Shown: positions 1 through 14,400 of the stretch, piece after piece
Layout: each line of letters opens with the position of its first letter
Numbering within the stretch: position 1 is the stretch's first letter
From: Phallusia mammillata
Lineage: Eukaryota
Direction of reading: 5' to 3'
DNA length: 64,000 nt
Assembly (NCBI GenBank): GCA_965637545.1
Contig: OZ281494.1
Span: 31,496,001-31,560,000, forward strand
Notes under the pieces: model-generated
The model's input: only the letters and a program-made list of their open reading frames with translations
Databases searched by the model: none
Told to the model about the DNA's origin: nothing
Position numbers and translations under genes: made by a program

Positions 1-324
1 GTTTTTGACAAAAGTTGAAACTTCTTAGGGTTATCAGAAATTTTATGTCCTAAAATTCTTTCAACAGCAGACTAAAAAATCAAGAAAGTAGAAACCTCAT
101 TTGATCTTGCCACCCACCACCCACTTAACCAAATGAAAAGGAAATCCTATAACTTGTGTACATTGCGCGTGATCAGCCATGCGTATCAGTGACTTATCTC
201 TGGACTTTGAAGTCTTGCAGAACGATTGTTCTTCGTGTGACTGTACAGATAAACTGCTGTTACCAGGCATATTATATCAACAATAATCAATCTGCTGCAG
301 ACAGTGCACACTGTTTTGACCCAT

Positions 325-449
325 ATAGTCTCATTAGTCCTTCTGGTTCTGGTGACAAGACATTGGCCGTATTGGCTAATGTAGCCACCCTACGGCACTC
401 CAGTTTGATATGCTTAGGGGTAACAGGCTTAAAAACCATGCCTTACCAA
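325..449 (+). repeat. Dispersed repeat, second copy at about 45397-45518
   Basis: Shared CTCATTAGT...GGTGACAAGACATTGGCC...GTAACAGGCTTAAAA-CCATGC. Confidence 0.7.
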
Positions 450-3400
450 ACCTTTTCGAATCCTTAACTGGGCAATATCAACCTGTATGTGCAATTTTTC
501 TGTGGTGTATTTGATGGTTTAACATACTGGTCCGGAATACAATGCAGAACGTAACAAATCTTTTCTTGTCAGATCATCAACGTGATGATTGCACGATGAA
601 AGACAAGGTTGTTTATAAACGTCAACACGTTTGGAAACCATCAACACCTACAGCTATCGACAGTTTGCCTTTGTCAGTCATTTCATTCAGGAGAACACAG
701 TTTCCCATATACTAGATGTATGATTTTTCTTGGTATTTTGAAAGCATTCACGCTAAAGGTTACGTTACCGCACAGACTCTTATTGCGCAACGGAACGTGA
801 AAAACGATTCCTTTCACCACCTGTCGCACTTCAAGCATTGGAATGTTACGCAGTTTTGACGCACGGACGCAGTCACGTAAACTAATAATTGAATCGGTGT
901 GTGGGTGTTCTTAGCACGTCGTGTGGAAACTGTATGAAGTCACCCGAATCGAAACGTACAAAACATTTGCTTGGACGGTTTGACTGCTAACGTGCCGCTT
1001 AATTTGATTGTGGAAAAGCAAGTCGACGTTTGGCTATTTGTAAAACCATTCTTGCATGTTAAAGTTTCAAAGAACGTTTTATCTGCCGATTCGGTATAAC
1101 TTCTTTAATTGGATTCGTTCTTTCAATGTTATTTACCACAAACCGTTGTAAAGTTGTAAGCGTGCCAGAGTTTAATCCAAACCATTTTTAACAGGAATTA
1201 TGGGCCTCAAACTGAAAGCGAGTCTCTATGTGGCGCTGTTAAGTTTACTGATGTTTTTGAGGGAAATTTGGCCAATCTTGTACTGGATAAATAATAAACG
1301 CGCGTATTATACAAAGACTGAAGGAATTTTATGCAGTTACTATACGCTGGACTAAATATAAACCTATATGCAAACCACATTTACCGTACAGTTGTGAAAT
1401 TTCAAGAAAGCTAACGAGGATTATTTAGACGTCTAAACCCTGGACTGCAAAGCAATTTGGCAACCCAACTGGCATTTTTATAAAAGTATGCAACTTATTA
1501 AACACGTTCATGTTTCTTTGCATAAACGCATTTAAAAAAAAATCGCCCAACGTTTTTCATTTTTCTTCAAGGGATTTGAACCCAGAACGCTCCCAAACAC
1601 GAATCAAAATTAGTTTTTTATGTATGTGTATGCATTAGGCGCCCTGCACGAGACCAAGTTTCTTCCCTCGTTCAAACACCACTCGTATTTTTTGTGGATA
1701 AAAAAATTAACATAATCTTGTCACTAGAGGAGCTAAAGCGCTAAACCGGGTAGATTGAGTTTTTACCAAAGACGCGTAAAGTGACCAAGTAGTTCTCAGC
1801 CAGGGGTCAAATTCGCGTTTTACAAAAGACAAAAAAACATGCCTTAATACTTTCTTGATAGGCGACAAACCAAAAGATTTCAACACCGAACATGGTTGGT
1901 ATATGTGTAGGCTACTGTGCTCTGGCTTAAAATCCTTCTAAAAAACATTAGTTTGGTCATGTCGAAAGGGGTGCGCAAAGACATAAACTTAAGTTTAGAA
2001 CATAGATATTATATGTAATAAGTAGTTGAAAAAGCCAGCGTATAGGATCAACCCCACAGGGGCAAAAATTAATATACAGTCAAAAGTTTGTGATAATGTG
2101 AAAATGTAGTTAAAATCAATAACACGAGTAGTTAAAATGTCAACAAAAGATACTTACTTTACACAGTATTTTCTAATATATTTTATAATTGAACCATTGT
2201 TATCTCTCTGTGTAGGCTACTTATATATTGTGGTGTTTGGTGATGCTTATTTTGTAGCCTTACACTTACTTTTTTGACTCAAATGTAACAAGTTTTGACT
2301 CAATGTAGCTTTTGTGGCCAAAAGTTTAGGAAAATCAGCCTAGAAGCCGGAATCAAGTTACAGCAATCACCAGGAAATGAAAACGCTTAATCGGATATTT
2401 AGGACATTTTAGTGCCGTCATCGGAAGTTTGCCCGGGATTTTCATTGCGAAATATCCTTCGAAATACTACCAATGCCAACAATTGTGACGCTAAAATTAT
2501 GTAAATTTGTTCTAGAAAACATTACATGTAAAGCATAGTTCAACCAGCGTGTCGTTTCTGACAAAAGTATGTGAAAAGTTTATACTGTGCTACTGCTTTT
2601 AACAGTAAAAACTGTGATGTCAGTTTATCAGCTCCCAGCTTTCATGTAAAAATGTCAAGTTTTTTGTGCTAAAATTGTAATAACTTGCCGGTTTCGCTTA
2701 AATTTCAGTTGCGTTATTAACCGTTGTTGGCCCTGGTGTCAGACCTAGCAGTGTTCTGTATTCGAACGGTCAGTTTCCTGAATTGCCTGCTTCGTGCCAT
2801 CGATTGAAGCGGACTCATTACTTGAATGAGTTACGGCACGTGTAGCACACCAGAAGCAGTCGTGTTGGGGGTGTTGTGCCGGTCCGCTTGACTGTTAAAA
2901 GTCTTATACAGCTTGGATAACAATTAGAAAGATGGCTTAGCTCTAGTTTAGACCAGGGAAACGTAAAACGAAACCGTTTGTGCACTTCACGTAAGACCGC
3001 ACGTCGTGAAGTATTAACCCGTGTCATTTATATTTATTGACATTTATAATTCAGCTGTGACAATAAAAACGCTTTTGTGTATGTAGCCTACGCTTGATGT
3101 ACAGTTGGTAAAATACAGGTACAAATTTCATTAAATATTTGCTAGATATAAGAAGCCCTTTCCTTGGATTGAATCAGTGTTGCGTTTCCAATGTAGGCCT
3201 ACGTAGTTTACTTTTCCTGGATTGCGCGACTAACGGGGAAATGTAGCCCCCACACCGTACACAAAATTTGACGTCACTGCTCGATCTGAAAAAAAAACTT
3301 TTCATGTTTTGGGGAAAATGTAGAGACTTGGTTAAATAATTGCTACATCTTTAACTAATTTCTGGCTTTGATCGCCAAGGAAAACCGAAAAATTGGATAG

Positions 3401-4499
3401 CGTGTTTTAAAGCCTAAACATTGTCATTATAAACTGTGTCAGCAAGTTTGTTTCAATTCAAAAACTTGCGATTGTTGCATCACAAAGGCTGTTGAATCCA
3501 GTGATTCGAGATTGTTACAAGGCAAGCTTTGATAACAGTTCTGCTGCATTAGTTTTTACCACTGTAGTTTTTAACACAAAAACTACTTTTGCTGTTTAGG
3601 TTAAAAATATGTACCAGGCAGAAAACATCATTGGTGCTCAGTAGGTGCTGTGATGTTGGCTGCAGCAAGATGATCTAATTTCCTGCCTAGACCTATGCCA
3701 GTGCAGCGTTTTGTTTTCGTTGTTCTTGTGTTGTCACTTAGTTTAGCCTAGTGATAGTCCGGCAAACTTTCCTGTTTAGCCGAAGGGAGACTTCCTTTTT
3801 CGCTTTTACCACCAACTGGTTCCTGGATTAGAACTTGGCCATTCGTCGTTTTCTGTTACAAACACAGAAGCAGAAACACAGAGACATTGTAGTGTATGTT
3901 GCAGTTAGTTGTTAGGTGCAGTTATGACAGAATTTTGATGATGACGTTTTGTTTAATTCCCTTTTTTGTGTTGATGGTTGGTCTTTATTTTAAAGCTGTA
4001 GGTAGCCATATTATCAGGAGTATTGCAAACAAACAAACACAGTTCTTTGTGATATATATTTAAATTACAGATTATTTGGATAAAATACATGCATTGCCAA
4101 GTTAGTGTAGCCAAATATGGAACATAACAGTGTATGATGTGATGGCCTTGGCATCTTGCTTTGATATATCTCGTGGAGTAATCATCATAACAAACGTATC
4201 AATTGCTACACAAATAAAAACGTTGGCAAGCCATTGTGGTTTAAGCACACTATCAAGATTGGCTGTAGTTAATGCTGACAAGTGGGTAATACGATACTGA
4301 CGCTTAAACAAATGAAGGGGAAGCCAGAGTCACTGCCGGGTTATGCTATCCGTGCAATAATATCCAGCAGGTCACAGACTCACAGTAAACCGACAAATTG
4401 CGAGCTGGTATTGTTTGGGGCAGTCGCGTTTGTGTTATGACGCACAGATAAGCGCTGTTTTAGTGAATTTCGACTTTTGGCGACGAAATACTATCAAGT

Positions 4500-4967
4500 G
4501 ACTCACTTTAGTAGCTAACAGAACCGGCCTCCTTCAGATTAACGTCGCCGGGCACTTATATCTACATCTCTGACGTCACAGGGGGGGTCGGAAAACGTCT
4601 GGATCTCCAGGAAAGCTTGACAAAGTTGCGTTACACGGTTTCCGAAGGTTGTGAGGGTGCAGCTCGGTCTTAAATTTTGAGTAAAATCTGGCGCTCCTTC
4701 GAGACCTGATAAGACCTATTATTTAAATTGCTTTGACAAGAGTCGTTTTATCAGATCTAAGTGATTAATCGCTTTTGGGGCCATCTCTCTCGTAATTGCT
4801 TTAAATGCTTGGCCTTTTTTTCTTCCCTCTATGAAAGTTTGGACGTTTTGCCAGATTTTACAGAGGTAGAAGACTTAGCTGGCAGCGTTATTGCTGAAGA
4901 AAGTGGTCATATGATACTGTGTATATCAGAAGTATTACGTCAGAGTATCTTTTACTTTTAAATTCAT
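4500..4967 (+). promoter_or_regulatory. Candidate MYO10 promoter and non-coding first exon
   Basis: Locally GC/CpG-rich, TGACGTCA at 4571 followed by a G-run, GTAAGT donor at 4968; acceptor at 5415-5416 precedes the ATG exon. Confidence 0.4.
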
Positions 4968-5451
4968 GTAAGTGGGTATCACTGCTAGCGACCAATTACC
5001 AGCGTTAGATTCAGTTTGTAGGAGGGTTGTGTTAGCAAGTGGTACATTCTAAAAACGCGTGCTGCCGTAGAGAAACCAGTGTGTGGAAAACTAGTGGGTG
5101 TCCCAAAGGCACCAAGCGCATTTGCGTAAATTGTCACAGAGCTACGCTGCCTTTGTACAGTACGGGGATTAAATTTGATCGCATTACACGAGGCAGGAAA
5201 CAGCTGACTAGAAATTGAATTGAAGCCTAAACCAAAATGCTAGTCCAATTCAAGAAGGCTGTTTTAAAGCGGTAGTACTGTTAATTAGGTACCAGTTGAC
5301 TAAATATTGTTATTGCAGGCCAAACATTTTATCTGTAGCCAATCTATGACACAAATTTAGGAAATGTGTGTTTGAATAAGTTCGTAAGTACTTTGGATAT
5401 ATTTTCACCTAACAAGACTGCCTAAGAAACATCAAAACAAAACTGCTAGGA

Positions 5452-5478
5452 ATGGCGGAATCTGACGTCACCACCGTG
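5452..5478 (+). CDS. MYO10: Myosin-X exon 1 (MAESDVTTV)
   Basis: ATG followed by a phase-0 GTAAGT donor; matches the short first coding exon before the RVW exon of vertebrate MYO10. Confidence 0.7.
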
Positions 5479-8400
5479 GTAAGTGTGCTAAAATAATCGA
5501 TTTTTCGGGAATAAACTATCCCTTTGTTACGCAAGTAGCATTTTTTCATTATGTTACATTTAAGCATTCGGCCGTTGTTCAGCATAAGTTAACAGCACAG
5601 ACACGTAAAGGGAACATAAAAACTATGGTTTGTTTAACAATAAATTGAGGAACTCTTATATTTATGTCGTCATACACGTGGGATTGTGATGACCAAACGC
5701 AACGCACCATTGCTCGAAGTGTCTGCGCTTCATGTTTGTTTCTCCTTACTGGAGCCGCTTTCAAGCACTTGGCCGTCTGAAAAACGTGTTGTATGTACCG
5801 GTGGTTACGTAAGCCCTTAAAATGGGTTTTGACTTATAGGCTTTCATTGCAAATTTCCTGTAATATGATTGAGTTGTAAAGTAAAGTACACCACCAAAAA
5901 CATCTTAACAACTGCATTAAGCTTTACCAATAGTGAAAATATGTCGATGAAATGTTTGTGATTATAGGCACTATGGCACAAGACACTAACAATAGCCAAA
6001 AGCTTTTGAAATCCCATCTAAGCGGCACATCAATCGATAACTTTGCCATATCCTACATTGGGTGTTAACAGGCTGTAAACAACAGGGTTAGTCATCAAAG
6101 TTTGCCTTTACATCACAAACTGTGCTTTTTTATCTAGGGTGGACGAGTATGGCTGGTCAACGGTTCGAATGCTGACGAATGGACGCCGGCCGTTGTGGAA
6201 CAGTGCGACGGTGTCGAAGTAGTTTACAAGAGCGACTATGGCGAAGTAAGTTGTCCATGATGTTTGTCCGGTCTGTGACTCACGCGACTTCCTACCAGCA
6301 CTGCTGTAAAGCAACTACCTGGGTCAGCCTATTTGTTTACACTGTGTAGTGATTGCTTCCTCCAAGGTTTTACTTTTTTGTCGGGTGCGCAGGCGGTGTA
6401 AACCGGCTACACATGTAATTCAGTTGCCTTTTTTGCTTTTTATTGTTTACTGCGGGGCACAGATAAATAACACTAAGTTTGATTTGTACACGCAAACATA
6501 ATTGTTGATTTTTAAGGTTGTAGTGTGTTTTGTCTCCAACTTGTAAGATTGTAGTCTCAAAAAACAGTTATTGTGTATGTTTAGGTTGTTCGTACAGCTA
6601 GACACAATCAAAAACTAAATGCAAACAAAACCAGTAGATTATATAACCTGTTTATGTCAAACATTTTAAACAGATTGCGCAGCTATTTTAGACTTTTTGG
6701 ATATTTTAGCGCACTTGTGCTGCTACGATTTCTTTTTAACTAAACGAAATAAACACAAATTAACTTCACTTAAACACATTTGTTATGAAAACTTTGCTAA
6801 TAGAATAGCTTGCATTGGTGTGCGTGAATAAAGACCAAACTGTTGTGCAAAATCTTTCACAATTGCTATTTTGTCAAAACCTCGGCTGTAGAGGGCCAAG
6901 CATTCGTTTGTACTGTTACTGAAATGTCACACCGAAAATTGGCAAAGTCTCACGATTGAGCGCGGAAGTTTCTGTCACTCTTTCACACGAAAATTTAATC
7001 GATGTTTATGACGTCATAGCGACAATGGAACCGTTTATTTTTTTGCCAAGCAATCCGGTTAAGAAACATGGTTTTTGTCTTTATTGTCACCATCGTATAG
7101 GGTTAATGGCTACTATACATATACATAGTTGGCATTGCAACATCAAATTCATTACCCCATTCAAACCATGTTTAACAAGCTTAAAGCCCTTTTGTTTTAA
7201 AATAGGCTTGCTTTATGGCAAATAGCTTACCTTGACCTATCTCTTTTTATAATCATATTATCTATTTTGGCAGTGAAGGTTAAAATCAGGTGACATGACA
7301 GCCCGAACATTTTTGAGTCTTTGTGCCAAAGGCCACTGCAGGCAAATGGTAGAGCTACTGACACCATACGTTATTCCTGATCCAAAAGTGCTTAATTTTC
7401 AAAACGGTATATCTCAAAAAATGCTAACGGTTAGGGCTGTTAGGGTTGGGGTAAGGTATTAGAACTTAAAATTCAATAAAACTAACCCCCAAAAAATTAG
7501 TTACTAATGTAAAAGTTTTATGTAAATATTTCCCAACCCAACCCATTTATAGCCGCTAAATAAATAATTCAGCTCTTTACGCCACCTATCGAAAATTAAG
7601 CACTTTTGGATCAGGAATAACGTATGGTGTAAGTAGCTCTACCCAGGCAAATACTTAGAACGCTCACCATTGTCGAACTAACTGGAAGGCATTAAGTTTA
7701 ACATTTGAAACGGGCGGGGGGGTGTCAAAAAATTTGCTTCTGCGCCAGTTTCTTGGAAACAAGTCTCTTTTGCAGCAATGCAATGTTTTGAGCTATTGAC
7801 CACCTTTTGGGTAACGGTACATTGTCACGGGATTTTGACTTAACTTCGAATTTAAATGTTAAATGAAATGACTGCCAGTCGTTTGGTTTTAAAATTATTG
7901 CCTTTAAAATATGTGAAACCAATGGATGTTAATATTCCTGGTTAAAATAAAATCAGTCACTTATGTCAACTGAATATACATTTCGACTACCCTCATCATT
8001 TTTTTATTCATATGAAACCCTTCTACTTGATTCTATTTGAATAAGGAACGGAAAATGGAGAATAGCCACAATATATATTTTTAGCACTGGTTTTCTTCAA
8101 CAAACGAGTTTCACGTCTATTGTGGGTATCTACTAAAGTGTTTTCATTTATCAGTAAAACTGTTGTTATAAAAGATCCGAATTAACCTTAAATAATAACT
8201 TTAAAACAAAAGTAAATAATAACCTTATTGTTGAATTGGTCAGTGATTTATGGTCGAGTCATTTGTGAACTTTTCTTTGTTAAATTAAAACAATCGGTGC
8301 GAAAAATGCCAAAGGCCGGGTTTAGCTACTTCCTGTGTTTGCTGCCTTCTAACTTTTCAAGAAGACCTGATCGAATAATTGCCCTTTCCCTGGAAAGTAG

Positions 8401-11400
8401 ACTGGGAAAAGGGTTAAAATGCCGTTGGAGTTTCCATGTAATTATTTCGCTAGTTTTCAAACAGTTTTAAACACAATAACCTTAAACCAGTGTTTCTTAA
8501 CCTTTTTATCACGGCCGAATACTTTAATATTTTTCAGCCTTTGGTCGAACCCCAAAAAGTTACATCCTAGGTTTCATACTCATTTTGTGCTTTTGACCAT
8601 ACGTTTTTGCTGCCAACAAAGATTCGTTGTTTTGCTGCTTACGAACAATGCGCACAGTGATCTTGGTTACTTCAAATATAACCACCTTCCTATGTTTTGC
8701 CGTCTAGCAAATAAAAATTGCTTTTTTAGCAATAGTTTGATTAAAACGTTTGCCGACTATTTTTACTTCAAAAGACCTTCGTCGAAACCCTGATTCAGCC
8801 TTACCGAACCCCTGGGGATTGGTTAAGAACCATCTACCTTAAACAGTCATTTTGTCACTTTTTAGGTCAACTGCCTATTTTTGTTTATTTCAAACATAAT
8901 TTATACCTTAGCACAAAGTTTGTGAAAGAGAAAAATAACTTTGTTCACGCTTTTCAAGATTTATATTCATTTAAATGCTTAACGTTTCTATGTTTATCTA
9001 GGAACATCGGAAATGGGTGTCAGAGGTCACCAGTGCAGAGGTCAAACCCATGAACGGCTTATTATTGGAGGGTGTGCCGGATATGGCCAAAATGACCGAA
9101 CTGAATCAGGCTTCAATTCTCTGCAACCTGAACACACGATACCAAAACAATGACATCTATGTAAGTTTTTTTACCCTAAAAAAATTAAAGTAAACCCAAC
9201 AGAGTTTAAGTATGGCGAAATTTGTTTTAAACAAAACTATTTCTGACCTGTCTAGTGTTTAAGCGTGACAGTTTACACAGTTGTGCATTTGATAATAGTA
9301 ACACCCGTTTTCATTGTTTTGTTGCAAGTTAGTGCATAGCGTTATTTATCCCCAAGCAAGATATTTTTTGGAATTAGGTAAAAAAGAGAAAGCATTTTAA
9401 GTTTATTTCCTATATGCGTCAAATTTATCTGTTTCATGCTCAAAGATAACGTGTGTTTGGGAGTGTTATTGTTTTTACCTTAATGTTGCTTTGATAACTG
9501 TCTGGTATTCTTAAATTAAAAGAAAATTGAATGATTAAAAAAATCACAACCACATCCAGTTTTATCCAATTTTTATCGACTTTTTGACCTCATTGCGCAA
9601 TCGCTACAGCGTCAAACATAGAAATATAACCTCCAACCCCATGTTACACCAACTAAAAATTACCTAAAAGCCTAACACGTTTTTTCATGTTATAACCGCA
9701 GCTAATCGGTTTGTGTAGTTTAACGGACTTTCATGTACCATTGTGGGTTTGAAATTGATGACTTTTCCAAGCGCCTTTAGGTTTATCTATCGATAAATAC
9801 GATTTATCCAAGTACCGTTATCGTTGTCTACTTTGGTAACGGTCTAATCTTAGAAGTTGTATATTTTGGGTTGATTAGGTTACTTGACTTTGTTATTGCT
9901 TTCGATACCTATCAGACATGTTAGTAGGATTCGAATAAAGCCGAGTTTAAACTTGCTTGAAAGTTGAAACATTAACTGAGGCATATGCGAAAAGTAAATG
10001 CCTTTGGAGCATACAAACTTCAACCCAGTATTTCTTATATTCACCGCAACCTATTTTACATCATGGAGATTATGCGAATGCTATGATATTTTGGTTTTCT
10101 TAGTCAATTCACTCAATTGTGATATATTGACCTCGCAAATCAAAAGTAATTAACTGTTACGTTATTTGAAGTATCATATTTCGAAAATAAACAATAGATC
10201 TATTATACTACACGTAAAAGATGCTGCTTCCCTCGGAATTAGGCTTATTAGGCAAGTTAATTAATCGGTAAAATCGAACGCTTGTTTTCACCATCTGCTA
10301 GTGATCAATCATCTTGGTTGTTTACGCTAGAATGAAATGCGGTATCGATTAATCGCAAGTAATTTGTCATACAACTGGGAAAATTTGCCAAGATACGCAG
10401 GGTAACCAAGCGGTTCTCAAGCACTATTTTGCGGTTTCGCGGGCTGCCAAGTAGTTTTACGGTGCCACGGAAAGCTTGTACTTCCTTATCGATAACATCG
10501 CAAATTGGGATTGCAGATTTAACCGTTAACTTTGTTTATGACCCTGTCTGTAATTCAAGTCCATTCCTAAACGATGTTGCCTAATTGGTTTGGGATTTCT
10601 GGCACAGCGTAAAGGAGAATCACAAGAAAAGAAACATGAATGTTTTTCAAAAACAAACAAAGTTTAGGAACTGATTCGAAAGCCAAATATGCAAGTATTT
10701 GACGAGATCGGGTGTTATTCGATTTGTTGTAATTCCCTGAAATTCGAAAGCTATTAAATCTGTTTTTGGCATGTTTTGTAGTTGGTATGTGGTTCAAGAG
10801 TTTAGAGCGGGTTCGGGCTTTGTTTTTTTTTAACAAAGGGGCTTGATTCGGGTCTGACTTTACACTCTTTGCCCATTTTTTTTCAAATGTATATTACTTA
10901 GCTAAGTAGCTAGTTGCTGGATATTACCTAGTGCGAAACAGCCCTAAAAGGTCTTGTTCAGGCCATTGCTTATTACTGTCCATTGTGTATGTCTTCATTA
11001 TTATAGACCTGTCAATTAAACTTTCGGGTTCGGGCCGGTTTCGGGCTCGAATTTCGGACCCGCTTACAACTTTGTGAGGTTCGTAACAGAACCAACGGCC
11101 CATGACTGTAGTTTATTAATTTCAGTTTAAATCAAAATGGGCTTTCATGCGCTATCTTCAACGAAGTAAACTGCTCGAAAGACATAAAATACGTATACTG
11201 TTGCTATATTACGTTGCACGCAAGATTTTGAAAGGTAATCGGTTTAATTTTTTAACTTTCAGACTTACATTGGTTCCATTCTGATATCTGTGAACCCATA
11301 TAAGCGCCTGCACGACCTTTACTCTGATCAAGTCCTCACGAAATACAAGAACAAAGATCTCGGAGATGAACCTCCGCACGTGTACGCTATATCCAATGAG

Positions 11401-14400
11401 TGCTACACGTGTATGTGGAAACGCGAAGAGAATCAATGCGTTCTGATCAGGTAAGGGACCTCCTTATTTTTCTATTCGAATAAGGTTTCACTATTTTTTA
11501 ACTTATTTCACCTAACTGATAGGATCATCAGTGTCTTATTCAAATAGAACTGAAAATCTTTAAAAAAGCTGTGGATGACTTCAAAGTTTTTAGCCTGTAT
11601 TAAATTAACTATTAAGTTTGCTTGCTTTATGAAGGCAAATAGCTTTTTTTACAGAATTGCATTACAGCGAAAGTTGAAGGTTTAAATGTGCGGTGTTTCC
11701 AAATTTGCATTCTATTCCTAATTACCTTAAATGCCAGGCTGCCTGTTTATTAACATATCTCTGGGTTGTATGCAGGGTTATATATATTAAGGCCTGATAG
11801 AGTGGTATTATTGTTGTAGTAAGGTCGTATATTCAGTCATGGGAAAGTGTCAAGTAAAGGTCGCGCTTACTGAAATACTAGATGCCGGATGGCGTGTGCT
11901 ATTATAACGGCGTTGATGTAAATAACGCATTGTTTGAACAGTCATTGTTTGGATTCGAATACACACTCGTTTGAATAAAGCAATATAATGAATGATCGAA
12001 CGCAATGGTTCTCAACTGGTGACCTATATTCCGCAGGACGTTAACTATATTTGGCGATAAACTGGAAATATAATTAAAAATAGTTTATTGAATACTTAAT
12101 GCTAAAAAAACTTATCCAATTTGTTGACCATATATTGTTAGTTTTCAGTTATTTGATATCACTCCTCGAAATTCTGTATTGAAGGAATATATTTTAAGCC
12201 AATATGCTTGTTGAGGTTGCTGTCTTTATCGTTACTTTACAATGGACTGGTCCTCGATATTATGTTAATATTAGTGATGGTCTATGGCCTAAAACGAGTT
12301 GAGAACCACTGACCTGACGAAAATCCAAATATGCAATACATGGGCTAAAAGCCATTAGTGCCATGCACTTTGGGTCTCAAAATTTGTCAGTTTGCAAATA
12401 CCTTATTAAGAAGTTTTCTCTCTTTGGTTTTCTTTTTGCTGTAATTAATAGGGACGTTGTAACGTGCCGGGTAACGTTCTTTATTGGTTGTCATGACGAC
12501 AGGCCACGTTCTGGTTATTTACGTGACGTTGCGCGTTATTAAAACACGATCCTTGCCCGGTTTTGCTAATTTTATTACTTTGGAACATCATTCGGCAAAA
12601 TTCTCAAAAAATCGTGTTAATTTTAACTTGTCGTTCCAAGATTGAAAGCCAACTAAAAATACAACTTTTATAATGCGTTTGTTTGTGTCAATTCTGAGTG
12701 AATTGTTGTTTTCGTTAATTTTACTTCTTTCGAATATCGTTCAGCAAAATTCTCGAAAAAAACGTGGTAATGAAAGAACGTATTTTCAAATGCGTTTCCA
12801 AGATTAACTAAAAATGCAACTTTATAATGTGTGTGTATATGTCAACTTTGAGTAAGTTTGTGGTTTTTGCTCAGCTCGTTAAGTGAAATGTTATACCGCA
12901 GCTGGACGTTTAACAATTTCCCCTGTTTTGTTGGTTCACCTAACAAGATTAAGTTGTTATGGTTTAAAAAGATTGAACACTTTGGCGCTTTGCGATGATT
13001 GATTGAAAATTACCGTCACATTTACCTAACTTTACATACGATATGGAAATTATTTTATTGCTTTAAATGACATTGACTTCGCTAATTCTTCAAAATAAGT
13101 TTATAATGTCAAAATACTGGCTTAAAAAGTTGATGATAATAAGAAAATTAGGGTTCAAAACTGGTAAAATGAAAACTTGTGAACCCTAAAATTCTCTATT
13201 TTTCCAACACATAGCCCAATCAACTCGTGTTTTCAAAAGTGTCATTTTCGTGCGTCAAAACGTCTTAACGTTTCTGAACGAATTAACCCTTGCTCAGGTA
13301 TAATAATTGAGGTTGTCAAAATTAACAAAATGTTTACACGTTTTGAAATTTTAAACCACCTTGGGTATGCCAAGACTGTATTGGCTATTTGTAGGTATTT
13401 CAAATTATGGGATCAGGTTTGGAAACGTTATTTGTTCTAAACCTGTTAATTGGTTTAACACATGAACCGCAATGTTATTTTGTACACCGTAGAGAAATGT
13501 TTTAGCGCCCCAAAACCAAGCTAAATGGCGTTCGTTGGCAGTTTAAAAGATTAAGTTGTCAAGTTACAATTAATTTGTTTGACTAATTTCATTCAAAATT
13601 GTAACATGTTGACTCATGTTTGTTAAGACCACACTCTCGGGCTATTGGATACCAAAAACATGCGTAGAGAACCGATTAGCAGTGTATTTTAACGATTACT
13701 GTCACTCTCTGTCTTGTTAGCAATCGCAAATCCTCAACTTTTAAAAAAGTTGTCTTTTTCTCTAGAACGGATTATGTTTGACTGTGAGGTAATTTTTGCT
13801 GGCGCAGCAGAATTTTACTTCAACGAAAAAACGTCCGGGAAAAATTTTGCTGATAAAAAAAAAACTTCACCACCTAACTACACTTGACCCCTTAAATGTT
13901 GCTTATCATATATATTATACCATATGTTTATTTGCAGTTGCTCATATATTTACAAGTCATGCAAATGTAACTAATTTTGCAAACACTTTTGCGCATAGTG
14001 AAGCTACCAAGGAGGTCATCAAGTCATCTGTGTTCATAAATAGATTGCACAACTCAAAAAACCTAAACGAAAAAACAGCCACGCTATTGGAGTAATGAAA
14101 ATAAACATTTTTTTCTTCAACCTTTTTGAGCAACCTCATGTTTTGTTTTATCGAACGTTCCGTGATGTCACATCAGGAAACAATACCGTACTTAAGGCGT
14201 GACGTGATTCCTTACGTCAATTAGTTACCCGTCAAGCCCTCGGAATGTTTATGTTACGTTGCTGCGTATGTTGATAGTATTCTCGGGCATGTAGGTTGAT
14301 CAATTCGTAACAATGAAAGTTTTGGGTCACTACACGGACCTGCTCGTGAGTCTAATGAGGAAAAACGGCCCAAATAGAAACTGATGTGGCACCTCATATC

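Noticed and set aside
156-467. 103-aa ORF
   Set aside because: No recognisable domain; its 3' half is a dispersed repeat also found near 45400
4761-4961. ORF containing LPDFTEVEDL, superficially like a myosin N-terminus
   Set aside because: The real EGVPDM exon is at 9002-9160; this ORF stops before the 4968 donor
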